From: Felis catus
Lineage: Eukaryota
Assembly: GCF_018350175.1 (NCBI RefSeq)
Contig: NC_058368.1
Span: 92,816,001-92,880,000 of the forward strand
Direction: 5' to 3'
Length of the DNA: 64,000 nt
A program made the translations under genes and the position numbers. The notes beneath the pieces were generated by a model. The model had not been told where the DNA came from and did not search any database. It saw only the letters and a program-made list of their open reading frames with translations. Shown one piece after another: positions 38,857 to 50,616 of this stretch (position 1 is the first letter of the stretch; every line of letters starts with the position of its first letter).

Positions 38857-39883
38857 AAACCTTTCTCTAAGGGAAAAATTTGAAAGCAACCTCCGTGTCA
38901 TTCAAAAGGAGTAAAATCAGTGAAGTCGTCAATGCCTAACTTTTATGTTACAGCCTCATGGTTTTGGTAACAAGAAACAGATGGTATCGTCAGTTCCAAG
39001 TGAATAATGAGATGCTATCTCTCATATTATTCATTTGGAACCAAGATCAGAGGAAAGGTTTACTTATCACCTCCACATAGCCAAGGGCTTAGGAAAGAGT
39101 AGAAATGTGCTGGTTTGGTGACAGAAAGATGTTGCTTCGCCAAGAGTGTAACTTGGATAGACTTAATGAAATATTTCCATTTTTCAAAAGGGTTCGGTTC
39201 ACAGTTTGTCTTTGTATTGTATAGGAAGCCAGCGTGATAGCAATCATTTAAGATTTTATTCCTACTAGAATATAGGCTTGTCAGCTGTAACCAGGATCCA
39301 AGGCTCAGGATGGAAACTCTAATCACTTTTTATCCTCTCTGCCACAGTGAATAAGAACAAAATTTCTAAAGGGTGATTTTAAAGGGGAAGATGTACTTTA
39401 TATTCAGCTGGGAGAAAGAAACCAGTAGCTAGATAGAGAAGAGCAAAGGAGAGTTAGTTTTCTTCACTGTGACACATAGTCCTTAGGCTCAGTAACATAA
39501 AACCCTTTCAGCATGATTATGGGCTGAGACTCTGGCTGGGAAGGGACCACACTGTCTCCAGGATTTGAAAAATAGTCAAGTGCAGTCACTGGAGTTAAAT
39601 CCATAAATCAGATTAGGACCCAAGACACAAAAGTGTGACAAGCCAGACCTTTCCCTTTGCATTCTTTCCTTGATCCATGTTCTCTGCATGTCACAAGTTT
39701 CACCATGGGTTTCTGTATCCGTTAGTTCCCTGACCCACTGCCTGGGAGGAGATGGGAAGACAACATTGGATTACTATTTTATCTCCAACTAAAAGTCAGC
39801 TGTAGCCTTCACATTGTTGGCAAACAGCTCTGCAAGTAATTTTAGCTCTTTTGCACTTTTATCTTAAGAAGTGGATATAAATT

Positions 39884-40105
39884 GGGGCACCTGGGTGGTT
39901 CAGTCAGTTAAGCGTCCAACTTCATCTCAGGTCATGATCTCATAGTCCGTGAGTTCAAGCCCCACGTCAGACTCTGTGCTGACAGCTCGGAGCCTGGAGC
40001 CTGCTTCAGATTCTGTGTCTCCCTCTCTCTCTGTCCCCCCCCCCCCACCCCCTGCTTGTGCTCTGTATCTCTCTCTCAAAAATAAATAAACGTTAAAAAT
40101 TTTTT
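39884..40105 (+). mobile_element. CAN-SINE
   Basis: TSD AAGAAGTGGATATAAATT. Confidence 0.92.
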
Positions 40106-40937
40106 TTAAAGAAGTGGATATAAATTTTCCCTGGAACATTTCTGTCTGGCCCCAAATTTTCAGCAGTTTTTAGCACCCAGAATAAGATCAAGAAACAAGT
40201 AAGTTGTGGGGCTTCACCACCTAGAATTGGGAGGATTTTTATGAATTAACCTGCTACCCAAATGATACTCAGGGACACATGTAGCATTTCATTCGTTTTT
40301 TTATTGGGGTATAACTGATATATAGCTTGTAATACTTCCAGGTGTAAAACATAATGAAATTCTAACGTAGAACTCAGTTATTGTGTTGAAAAGCACATTA
40401 TTTGGTTTGATGCATTTACTTTCACTGGGATTCTCCTATCTGTGGTTTTCAAATATCCTTGATTCAGTGACTCACTTTCTTTCAACTAGTAACTTCTTAT
40501 TTCTCTCTTCAGCCTGCCATTACTATACCAAGAAAAGAAAAGTACTTTGAAATTGCAGCAATATGAGAAAAAAATGAAAAAGAGAAAGTAATTTGTTTGG
40601 ATTTACTTAGGTTTGATCTAAGGAAGGAGGCTGCCCTTATATATACGGTTTTTGGGTCAGGCTAACAAAGAAGATAATTGATCACTAGCGTAGGCCTCTA
40701 TAATCAGTGACAATTAAAAATATTCAAATGATTGGATTCCATTATGAACACTTGGGGAAAACTTGGGCTGGTGGATCTCCATGTCCCTACAGCCAATGTC
40801 TATGGACTTCTTAGGACAGGGTATCTCAAAGTGTGGTCTTAGGGCCATGTGAATCTGAATCATGTGAGTTTTTATGTAAAAGATTACTTTCTGAGCTTCA
40901 CTACAGATTTTTAAAAAATAAAATCACTGGGATGGTA

Positions 40938-41060
40938 GGGGCGTCTGGCTGGCTCAGTCCGTAGAGCATACAACTCTTGATCTTGGGGTGATGAGTTCAA
41001 GCCCCATGTTGGATGTAGAGTTTCCTTAAAACACAAATAAAATCTTAAAAACAACAACAA
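40938..41060 (+). mobile_element. Short older CAN-SINE type
   Basis: TSD CACTGGGATGGTA. Confidence 0.88.
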
Positions 41061-41877
41061 CACTGGGATGGTATCAAGATGTAGAAAAAGCATTTGACAA
41101 AATCTAACACAATAAAGCTTTCAGTAAACTAGGAATAGAGGGAAACTGTCAACTTGATAAATTATATCTACAAAAATCTACAGCCAGCATCCTACCTCAT
41201 GGTGAGAAACTAGAAGTTTTCCCATTAAGATCAAGAACAAGGCTAGGATGTCCTCTGTCACTACTGCTTTTCACCATCATACTTAAAGTCTAAGTTAACG
41301 CAATACGAAAGGAACATGAAAGTATACAGCCTGGTGAGGAAGAAATAAAACTGCCTTTGTTCACAGATGATGTGATCGTTAAGTAGAAAATCTGAAAGAA
41401 TTGCATTTAAAACACAATACCATATACATTAGCACTCCCCTGATTGAATACTTAGATATAAATTTAACAAAATATATACATAAGAAATACGAACAAGACT
41501 ACAAAACTGATGAAATCCAAGTGAATAGACTGTGGTATATACAATGGAATATTATTTGGCACTGAAAAAAAAACCTGAGCTAGCAAGCTATGGAAAGATG
41601 TGGAGGAAATTTACATGCATATTACTAAGTGAAAGAAGCCGGTCTGAGAAGGCTACGTGCTGTTTGATTCTAACTGTATCACATTGTTTAAAAAAGATAA
41701 AACAATGGTGATAGTAAAAACATTACTGGTTGCCAGGGGCTACAGGATAAATAGGCAGAATACAAGGGATTTTCAGGACAGTGTAACTACTCTGTATGAT
41801 TACATAATGGTGGACACATGTCATTATACATTTGTCTTAACCCATAGAATGTACAACAGTGAGAGTGAACTCTATGT

Positions 41878-42095
41878 GGGGCGCCTGGGTGTCTCAGTTG
41901 GTTAAGTGCGTGACTTCAGCTCAGGTCATGATCTCATGGTTCTTGGGTTCGAGCCCTGTGTTGGGCTCTATGATGACAGCTCGGAGCCTGGAACCTCCTT
42001 TGGATTCTGTGTCTCCCTCTCTCTCTGTCCCCACCCCACTCATTCTCTCTCTCTGTCTCTCAAAAATAAACATTAAAAAATTAAAAAAAGAAAAA
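41878..42095 (+). mobile_element. CAN-SINE (nest layer 2)
   Basis: TSD AGAGTGAACTCTATGT; the 3' copy is split by the next SINE. Confidence 0.92.
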
Positions 42096-42104
42096 GAGTG
42101 AACT

Positions 42105-42274
42105 TGGGCCACCTGGGTGGCTCAGTCAGTTAAGCGTCCAACTTCAGCTCAGGTCATGATCTCACAGCTCATGAATTTTAGCCCCGTGTCAGGCTCTATG
42201 CTGACAGCTCAGAGCCTGGAACCTGCTTTGGATTCTGTGTCTCCCTCTCTCTCTGCCCCTCCCCACCTATGCTT

Positions 42275-42325
<51 letters not shown>

Positions 42326-42336
42326 AATAAACATTA
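42105..42336 (+). mobile_element. CAN-SINE (nest layer 3); remainder of its tail lies at 44796-44816
   Basis: TSD AAAAAGARTGAACT at 42091-42104 and 44812-44825. Confidence 0.92.
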
Positions 42337-44564
42337 CCCTGATGAATATGGATGCAAAAATTCTCAATAAGATACTAGCAAATCGAATTCAACGGCATAT
42401 AAAAAGAATTATTCACCATGATCAAGTGGGATTCATTCCTGGGATGCAGGGCTGGTTCAACATTCGCAAATCAATCAACGTGATACATCACATTAACAAA
42501 AAAAAAGAGAAGAACCATATGATCCTGTCAATCGATGCAGAAAAGGCCTTTGACAAAATCCAGCACCCTTTCTTAATAAAAACTCTTGAGAAAGTCGGGA
42601 TAGAAGGAACATACTTAAAGATCATAAAAGCCATTTATGAAAAGCCCACAGCTAACATCATCCTCAACGGGGAAAAACTGAGAGCTTTTTCCCTGAGATC
42701 AGGAACACGACAAGGATGCCCACTCTCACCGCTGCTGTTTAACATAGTGCTGGAAGTTCTAGCATCAGCAATAAGACAACAAAAGGAAATCAAAGGCATC
42801 AAAATTGGCAAAGACGAAGTCAAGCTTTCGCTTTTTGCAGATGACATGATATTATACATGGAAAATCCGATAGACTCCACCAAAAGTCTGCTAGAACTGA
42901 TACATGAATTCAGCAAAGTTGCAGGATACAAAATCAATGTACAGAAATCAGTTGCATTCTTATACACTAACAATGAAGCAACAGAAAGACAAATAAAGAA
43001 ACTGATCCCATTCCCAATTGCACCAAGAAGCATAAAATACCTAGGAATAAATCTAACCAAAGATGTAAAGGATCTGTATGCTGAAAACTATAGAAAGCTT
43101 ATGAAGGAAATTGAAGAAGATTTAAAGAAATGGAAAGACATTCCCTGCTCATGGATTGGAAAAATAAATATTGTCAAAATGTCAATACTACCCAAAGCTA
43201 TCTACACATTCAATGCAATCCCAATCAAAATTGCACCAGCATTCTTCTCGAAACTAGAACAAGCAATCCTAAAATTCATATGGAACCACAAAAGGCCCCG
43301 AATAGCCAAAGGAATTTTGAAGAAGAAGACCAAAGCAGGAGGCATCACAATCCCAGACTTTAGCCTCTACTACAAAGCTGTCATCATCAAGACAGCATGG
43401 TATTGGCACAGAAACAGACACATAGACCAATGGAATAGAATAGAAACCCCAGAACTAGACCCACAAACGTATGGCCAACTCATCTTTGACAAAGCAGGAA
43501 AGAACATCCAATGGAAAAAAGACAGCCTCTTTAACAAATGGTGCTGGGAGAACTGGACAGCAACATGCAGAAGGTTGAAACTAGACCACTTTCTCACACC
43601 ATTCACAAAAATAAACTCAAAATGGATAAAGGACCTGAATGTGAGACAGGAAACCATCAAAACCCTAGAGGAGAAAGCAGGAAAAGACCTCTCTGACCTC
43701 AGCCGTAGCAATCTCTTACTCGACACATCCCCAAAGGCAAGGGAATTAAAAGCAAAAGTGAATTACTGGGACCTTATGAAGATAAAAAGCTTCTGCACAG
43801 CCAAGGAAACAACCAACAAAACTAAAAGGCAGCCAACGGAATGGGAAAAGATATTCGCAAATGACATATCGGACAAAGGGCTAGTATCCAAAATCTATAA
43901 AGAGCTCACCAAACTCCACACCCGAAAAACAAATAACCCAGTGAAGAAATGGGCAGAAAACATGAATAGACACTTCTCTAAAGAAGACATCCGGATGGCC
44001 AACAGGCACATGAAAAGATGTTCAGCGTCGCTCCTTATCAGGGAAATACAAATCAAAACCACACTCAGGTATCACCTCACGCCAGTCAGAGTGGCCAAAA
44101 TGAACAAATCAGGAGACTCTAGATGCTGGAGAGGATGTGGAGAAACGGGAACCCTCTTGCACTGTTGGTGGGAATGCAAATTGGTGCAGCCGCTCTGGAA
44201 AGCAGTGTGGAGGTTCCTCAGAAAATTAAAAATAGACCTACCCTATGACCCAGCAATAGCACTGCTAGGAATTTATCCAAGGGATACAGGAGTACTGATG
44301 CATAGGGCCACTTGTACCCCAATGTTCATAGCAGCACTCTCAACAATAGCCAAATTATGGAAAAAGCCTAAATGTCCATCAACTGATGAATGGATAAAGA
44401 AATTGTGGTTTATATACACAATGGAATATTACGTGGCAATGAGAAAAAATGAAATATGGCCTTTTGTAGCAACGTGGATGGAACTGGAGAGTGTGATGCT
44501 AAGTGAAATAAGCCATACAGAGAAAGACAGATACCATATGGTTTCACTCTTATGTGGACCCTGA
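42117..44564 (+). CDS. SINE-L1 ORF2 fusion ORF: N-truncated L1 ORF2p (RT core plus C-terminal Cys-rich region, no endonuclease); expression unproven
   Basis: [40 protein letters not shown] and HCWWECK motifs with no stops; first ~73 aa are translated SINE. Confidence refers to identity, not translation. Confidence 0.8.
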
Positions 44565-44795
44565 GAAATTAACAGGAACCCATGGGGGAGGGGAAGGAAA
44601 AAAAAAAAAAGAGGTTAGAGTGGGAGAGAGCCAAAGCATAAGAGACTCTTAAAAACTGAGAACAAACTGAGGGTTGATGGGGGTGGGAGGGAGGAGAGGG
44701 TGGGTGATGGGTATTGAGGAGGGCACCTTTTGGGATGAGCACTGGGTGTTGTATGGAAACTAATTTGTCAATAAATTTCATAAAAAAAAATAAAT
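42337..44795 (+). mobile_element. Young 5'-truncated feline L1, about 2.46 kb
   Basis: Uninterrupted ORF2, G-rich 3'UTR, AATAAA at 44770-44775, A-tail, TSD AAAATAAACATTA at 42324-42336 and 44796-44808. Confidence 0.97.
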
Positions 44796-45082
44796 AAAAT
44801 AAACATTAAAAAAAAAGAATGAACTCTATGTTATCATGAGTAAACTATGGTCTTTGGGAAATAGTGATGTGTCTATGTAGATTCATCAAGTGGTAATAAA
44901 AGTTTTGTGGGGGATGTTGAGATTGGGGAGAGGCTATGGATGTGTGGGGGCAGGTGGTACATGGGAAATCTCTGTCTTCCATTCAGTTTTGCTGTGAACC
45001 TAAAATGGCTTTTGAAAATAAAATCTATTTTTAAAAATCAAGGGGGAAAAAAGCCTGGATGGTATCTGATGATAGATCATAT

Positions 45083-45267
45083 CAGGGATCAGGAAACTTT
45101 CTTCTGTAAAGGGCCAAATTATAAATATTTTAGGCTTTATGGGCCTCGTATGGTTTCTGTTGTACACTTCTTTAAAAATGTGAAAATAATTTTTAGCTGA
45201 TGGACCTGAAAAAAAAAACAGGTAGCCAGTAAGATTAGACCCATGAGTTATAGTTTGCTGATCTCTG
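45083..45267. mobile_element. MER58-like hAT-Charlie MITE
   Basis: TIRs CAGGGATCAGGAAACT and AGTTTGCTGATCTCTG; internal CTGTAAAGGGCCA. Confidence 0.85.
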
Positions 45268-45832
45268 GACTGTGTAATTAGAAACATTGATCTTGCAAAA
45301 AAAAGTTCTGAATGTTAACCTCACAAATCAATCCTATAAAATATTTTCGCACAGCACCTGGTTTAGCAAATAATGCATTAGAAAGGTATATTTCAATCTG
45401 ATTAAAATCCTATTGTTAATTGATGCACTGACCATCTCCCTCAACATGCCTGGTTGTAGCAATGCTGGTCAAAATGTTTTAAAATATGTATTTAAAGTAT
45501 ATAGATGCTATATCACTTATGGAGGTGCACAGAAGTAATGAAAACTCTCACCCAAGAAGAGGGAAATAAAACTTCATGAAAAGTGGCCAGTAAACTCAGT
45601 AAGCATGTGAATTGTCATTCAAAGAAATACAAATACTAAGGCAGTCTTCCAAAATGAATTTTTGAAATAAGTAGTTTTGAAATTCTAAAAAGATACAGGA
45701 ATAAGTAATATTCTTACTGTAAGAGAAGAAAAAGGAATTGTGAGATACAAAGACAGGATGTGTCTCAAGAACAGGGAAAACATAAAAGAACCAATTAGGA
45801 ATCCAAGGATTAAAAATTATGGTCATTTAAAA

Positions 45833-46013
45833 AATTATTTATTTATTTTGCATGGGGGAAGGAGAGGGGATGGGAAGAGAAAGAATCCCAAGTATGTGCC
45901 TTGCTGTTAGTGCAGAGACTGATACAGGGCTTAATCCCACAAACCCTGAGATCATGACCTGAGCTGAAATCAAGAGCCAGATGCTTAACCAACTGAACCA
46001 CCCAGGCACCCCC
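45833..46013 (-). mobile_element. CAN-SINE
   Basis: TSD AAAATTATGGTCATTT. Confidence 0.9.
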
Positions 46014-46046
46014 AAAATTATGGTCATTTTTACAGTAACAAGGGAA

Positions 46047-46250
46047 GGGGCACCTGGGTGGCTCAGTTGGTTAAGCATTGGACTTCAGCACAGGTCATGA
46101 CCTCACGGCTCGTGAGTTTGAGCCCTGTGCCAGGCCCTGTGCTGACAGCTCGGAGCCTGGAGCCTGATTGGGATTCTGTGCCTCCTTCTCTCTCTGCCGC
46201 TCCCCTGCTCACACTCTGTCTCTCTCTAAAATAAATAAACATTAAAAAAA
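46047..46250 (+). mobile_element. CAN-SINE
   Basis: TSD TAACAAG.GGA. Confidence 0.92.
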
Positions 46251-46259
46251 ATTAACAAG

Positions 46260-47080
46260 TGGATATAACTAAAGAGATAATTAATGTATTGGAAGACCCG
46301 AAACAAAACACTGAGAGTTGTTTTTTTCAGTGACATTAAAGACCCAGATGAGAAGATAGAGAATTTTGTTCCCACATATGCCTAATACATATTCTAAAAA
46401 TAAGAGCTATAATGAGAGAGTATCTTCCAAATTGAAGAAAGACATAGATCCTCAGATGGACAATGACCCAAGTGGTGAATATAAGAAATAAAAATTCAGT
46501 CCTTTATACAATATGGTGATACTGATAATGCATGCTAGAAGGCAATGGATGCATACCCTATATGACACTTCTGTGTAACACAGAACATGGAGCCCTCTGG
46601 CGGGCGCTGTCCTTCAGTTTCAGGACTTGGGTTGAGGGGCCCATGGCCTAATTTTCAGCCCCCACTTCTTCTGTTAGCCATATTCCTTTGTATACGGCAG
46701 TAATGTCAGAACTATACATGGTGAAAAATGAGAGAATCTAAATAGTAATTGTTCTATAGATTTTCTGCAATGTAGCAACAAGTATGCTGACTGTAGATTT
46801 TTTCCCTGTCTTTTTAAGTGATAATGCATGCTAGAAGGCAATGGAATAAAATCTTTAAATACTGAGGAGAAAGTGCTCACGCTAAGTGAGGCTCTGTGCA
46901 GCATGAAATTATCATAGTAGAGTAAGGATGAAAGAAAGTTGGGGGCAAAATCTAATAGAATTTACTTCTTACAGATTCTTGCTGAGAGAATTACAAAAGC
47001 ATGGACTCCAGCAAGAGGAAAAGTGAATCCAAGGAATGGAGTGGGATATAAGCAATAGCGGTGAGTAAAAATTATAGTAA
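46260..47080 (+). mobile_element. Ancient L1 ORF1 remnant
   Basis: Decayed PNxxKD, LTVDF and ARRQWNKIFK motifs. Confidence 0.55.
46543..46705. mobile_element. Possible hAT-Tip100 (MER115/Zaphod-like) relic
   Basis: Resembles the remembered consensus (GCCCTCTGG...CCTAATTTTCAGCCCCCAC; end GTATACGGCAG..TG). Confidence 0.4.
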
Positions 47081-48069
47081 AATTTTTTTCCGAACATAAA
47101 ACATGGTGATTTGATTGAAAAAAATGTTAAAAATTAGGTCAGCTACATTTACTTCAATTGGACTCTCCCCTTTGCCTGTGACTTCAACATTTTCAACCTT
47201 TAGCTTTTTCAACCATTAGCTGCTCATTCCTGTCACTAGCTGACCGCCACTATGCTAAGAAAAGATAAACAGTTGGAATATCGATAACTTGAGGAAAAAA
47301 ACCCGAGAAAGTAACTTTTCATTCGTCTTTGTAACCCCTGAGAAAGCTCATTCAGTGCTTTGAAAAGTTCCTACTGTGAAGAAGATGCTCAAAAATATTT
47401 CTTGAGTGAATAAATATGTTTTTATTTTAACGTTATGGATAGTTTCCTATGAGAGGTGGCACTTTGGTGTGGGATTAATTATCAGCACAGAGAATTACAT
47501 CCTTGCTTTGTTTTGACCAGAACACTGTGATAAAGATGAATCTGTAATTAAAAACAAATTTCAACGTCGACCTTTTAAAGAACTTAACGGCAAGCGTCAA
47601 TGAATACTTTTTGGGGAGATGGTCTTCTGTGGGATTCCCTTTTTGGTCCTTGAATAAATTAATATTAAGTTACAAAATACTTTCTGGTTTTATCTGGACT
47701 ATAACAAAAATGGTTCTCGGTTGAAAAGGAGAAACATGTCTTTGAAGATAAAGTTCTTAAGGAGGTACTACTCTTTCTGGGTACATCACCTGGCTATTTT
47801 TATATGTAGCAGATAGACACAAGCTTCTCACCTTCCCTTGCTCAGTCTAGAAGCAATTTCTGAGTCCAGACTGCACTCACTGCCCTGTTATTTATTTAGA
47901 GCAATCTCAAACATTGCTTGCCAGCGCCATCCTGGTGGTAAAATCCTCACATTGGCAAACTAAGGGTAATTCTCTTACACTTCTGCCCCCCACCTAGGTT
48001 GCCAGCACAGTGGGTACATTTAAGGCACTGGCAGTAATAGTCAAGGTCCTCGGCTTAATTTTCTGATTA

Positions 48070-48733
48070 CGGTCATCCCCCCCTTATCTGCAGGGGTATG
48101 TTACAAGACCCCCAGTGGGTGCCAGAAACAGCAGACAGCACCAAACCCTACATATACAATGTTTTTCCTATATATACATACCTATGATAAAGACTAATTC
48201 ATAAACTAGGCATAGGGAGACATGAAGAAGCAAACTAGCACAAATTTCTTTTTCCTTCGCCATTCCATGGGGAGAAGATTCACTCTTAACTGTAGCATGT
48301 GATATTTTTTTCTTAAGTTCAGAACTTTCCCCTTTTCCCTTAAAGGAAGCACTTTATGGCTTTTCTTTGGCATATCAAATTGCTAACATGACTACTCTTG
48401 TACTCTGGGCCGATTATTAAGTAAGATGAGGATTAATTAAACACCAGTACTGCATACTGCGACAGTCGATCTGATAGCCCAGATGTTCGCTAATCACGAC
48501 TAAGGGATTGATAGCGTCTCCAGCATGGGTATACCGCACAAAGGGATGAGTCACATCTAGGGCAGGACAGAGCAGGCTGGTGTAAGATTTTATTGCACTA
48601 CTCAGAATGGCTCTGATGTGAAATTTACAACTTTTCTCTTTCTGGAAATTTTCATTTAATATTTGCAGATTGTGGTTGACTATGGGTAACAGAAACCACA
48701 GAAAGCAAAACCGTGTATAAAAGGGAGCTATTG
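48070..48733. mobile_element. MER44 (Tigger7-derived) DNA transposon
   Basis: TA-flanked degenerate TIRs CGGTCATCCCCCCTTATC...ATAAAAGGGAGCTATTG; CAAGACCCCCAGTGG..CCAGAAAC. Confidence 0.85.
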
Positions 48734-49094
48734 TACCTTAGAGAGGCATGACTCAGGTCCATTTCTCATGGCTGCTGAGTCCGAGTGAGACATTTTTCAA
48801 AGCCAGACTTTTTGTAAAGCAGGTGGTTCTGGTCTCAAAATAGGTGTTTATTTGTTACTTCCTGCCAAGTCCCTTATCAAGAAGTCCCAGTCTTGTGCAT
48901 GTTGTGTTACTGCTTCATCTGGAGTTTGCGATTCTGAAACTAGTGATGTGGCTTTTTGTTGAGAGTGAGCTGTCACAGGGAGTCTGTATTTGAACTAAGA
49001 TATTTAATCCCTTAGGGTAGGGTGATGAATGCCAGGGCTTATAATCCAAAACCAGAGATCTAACTCATTCTTTTAAACAGCTGTATAATGTTTT

Positions 49095-49304
49095 GGGGTG
49101 CCTGGGTGACTCAGTCAGTTGAGCATCTGACTTCGGCTCAGGTCACGATCTCACGGTTTGTAAGTTTGTGTCCCGTGTCAGGCTTTGTGCTGACAGCTCA
49201 GAGCCTGGAGCCTGCTTTGGACTCTATGTCCCCCCGCTGTTTCTGCTCTTACCCCACTCACTCTCTGTCTCTCTCTCCTTCAAAAATAAATAAAAACATT
49301 AAAA
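49095..49304 (+). mobile_element. CAN-SINE
   Basis: TSD TTTTAAACAGCTGTATAAT at 49071-49089 and 49541-49559. Confidence 0.92.
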
Positions 49305-49524
49305 TTTTTTTAAATTTTTTAAATGTTTTTATTTATTTTTGAGGCAGAGAGAGACAGAGCATGAGCAGGGGAGGGACAGCGAGGGGGAGACACAGAATCC
49401 AAAGCGGGCTCCAGGCTCTGAGCTGTCAGCACCGAGTCCGATGCAGGGCTTGAACTCATGGAGTGTGAGATCGTGACCTGAGCCGAAGTCGAACTCTCAA
49501 CCAACTGAGCCACCCAGGCGCCCC
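49305..49524 (-). mobile_element. CAN-SINE inserted antisense in the tail of the previous SINE
   Basis: ATTAAAA..TTTTTT duplicated on both sides. Confidence 0.92.
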
Positions 49525-49912
49525 TATTAAAAAAAATTTTTTTTAAACAGCTGTATAATCTTTCATGGTGGCTGGTACTTACTAAGATCATGCCTATTTT
49601 GTTGTTGCTACTGTTAATAATAGACATTCTTGAACAACTCTTCTTTTGTAATGGAAGACAGCCAAGTCAAATCACAGGTGGGTATCTAGTTGTTGCAGAC
49701 ACTACTGAATTTCTTTCCCTTTAACCTGTTCGTTTCCCTGATCACTCAATCCAAAACAGATTTCTTATTGCTCTTTGACAGTTTTGTTTTATTGTTTTGT
49801 TTCCCTGGTATTTTACTCAATTTACCTCTCGAACGCAGGGCTGTTTAGGCAGAGACTTTGTCCAGCTTGCGATATGCCCAACAGTTATAGCAGTCAATAA
49901 GTTTTTGAATGA

Positions 49913-50125
49913 GGGGCGCCTGGGTGGCTCAGTCAGTTAAGCATCTGACTCTTGGTTTTGGCTCAGGTCATGATCCCAAGGTTGAAGGATCTACTCCCAC
50001 CTTGGGCTTTGCACGGACAGCATGGAGCCTACTTGGGATTCTTTCTCTTTGCCTTTATCTCTGTCTCTCTCTCTCTGCCTCTCCTCAGCTCTCTCTCTCT
50101 CTCTCTCTCAAAATAAATAAAAAAA
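49913..50125 (+). mobile_element. CAN-SINE
   Basis: Typical head and tail. Confidence 0.9.
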
Positions 50126-50189
50126 TACATGCATTTACTAAGTTAGTGAATGAATATATGCATGCATGCAAGTGTGAATGAGAAACGTA

Positions 50190-50555
50190 CAGTATCTTCC
50201 TACCTCCTTCATTTTGTTTCTGCTATTCCCTCTGCTAAAAATGTTGTTCCCTCTCAAACTGTGTGTAACCTTCAAGACCCATTTACTCCTAATCCACGAA
50301 GCATTCCTGCACCCTCTTCCTGTCAGAGACAATGTTCTCATCCCCTCCTGCCTCCAGGGGGCTCTGTACTACAGTCTTCCGCCAGTACCTCTTTCCGGCT
50401 TCCACCATAACAACATCACGAGTTGTCCCCCCAGCTGTGTTCCCAGTAGACTGCAGACTCCTTGAGGGGAGAGCCCATGGCCATTCCTCTTTTTGTCCTC
50501 CAGAACACACAGATCATTGTGCCTTGCACTTGACAGAGTTTTTCATTGAATTAGA
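50190..50555 (+). mobile_element. L2 3' remnant
   Basis: TGCTATTCCCTCTGCT...TAGACTGCAGACTCCTTGAGGG...GTGCCTTGCAC. Confidence 0.7.
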
Positions 50556-50616
50556 AAATTTACCCTATGTACCTTCATACTTTCAGTAGCAGGCTTAGTA
50601 GAAAAAAAGAGAAATT

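Larger units (their letters stand above)
41070..45035 (+). mobile_element. Old L1MC-like element hosting nested insertions (RT remnant 41070-41520; 3'UTR 41520-41877 and 44820-45035)
   Basis: Decayed EKAFDKI and FTDDVI motifs; the 3'UTR resumes after 44820. Confidence 0.8.

Noticed and set aside
40513..40587. Acceptor-like TCTCTCTTCAG followed by a short open frame
   Set aside because: Weak donor, A-rich low complexity and unrecognised peptide.
42635..43726. Antisense and alternate-frame ORFs of 141, 118 and 77 aa (also 10-216)
   Set aside because: Shadow frames of L1 ORF2.
42337..44564. Active L1 or domesticated RT gene
   Set aside because: No 5'UTR, ORF1 or endonuclease, and the RT N-terminus is cut; intactness is explained by young age.
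42105..44795. SINE and L1 co-retrotransposed as one chimeric RNA
   Set aside because: The inner 13-bp TSD AAAATAAACATTA flanks the L1 alone, favouring later insertion into the SINE tail. The caveat is that the motif is A-rich.
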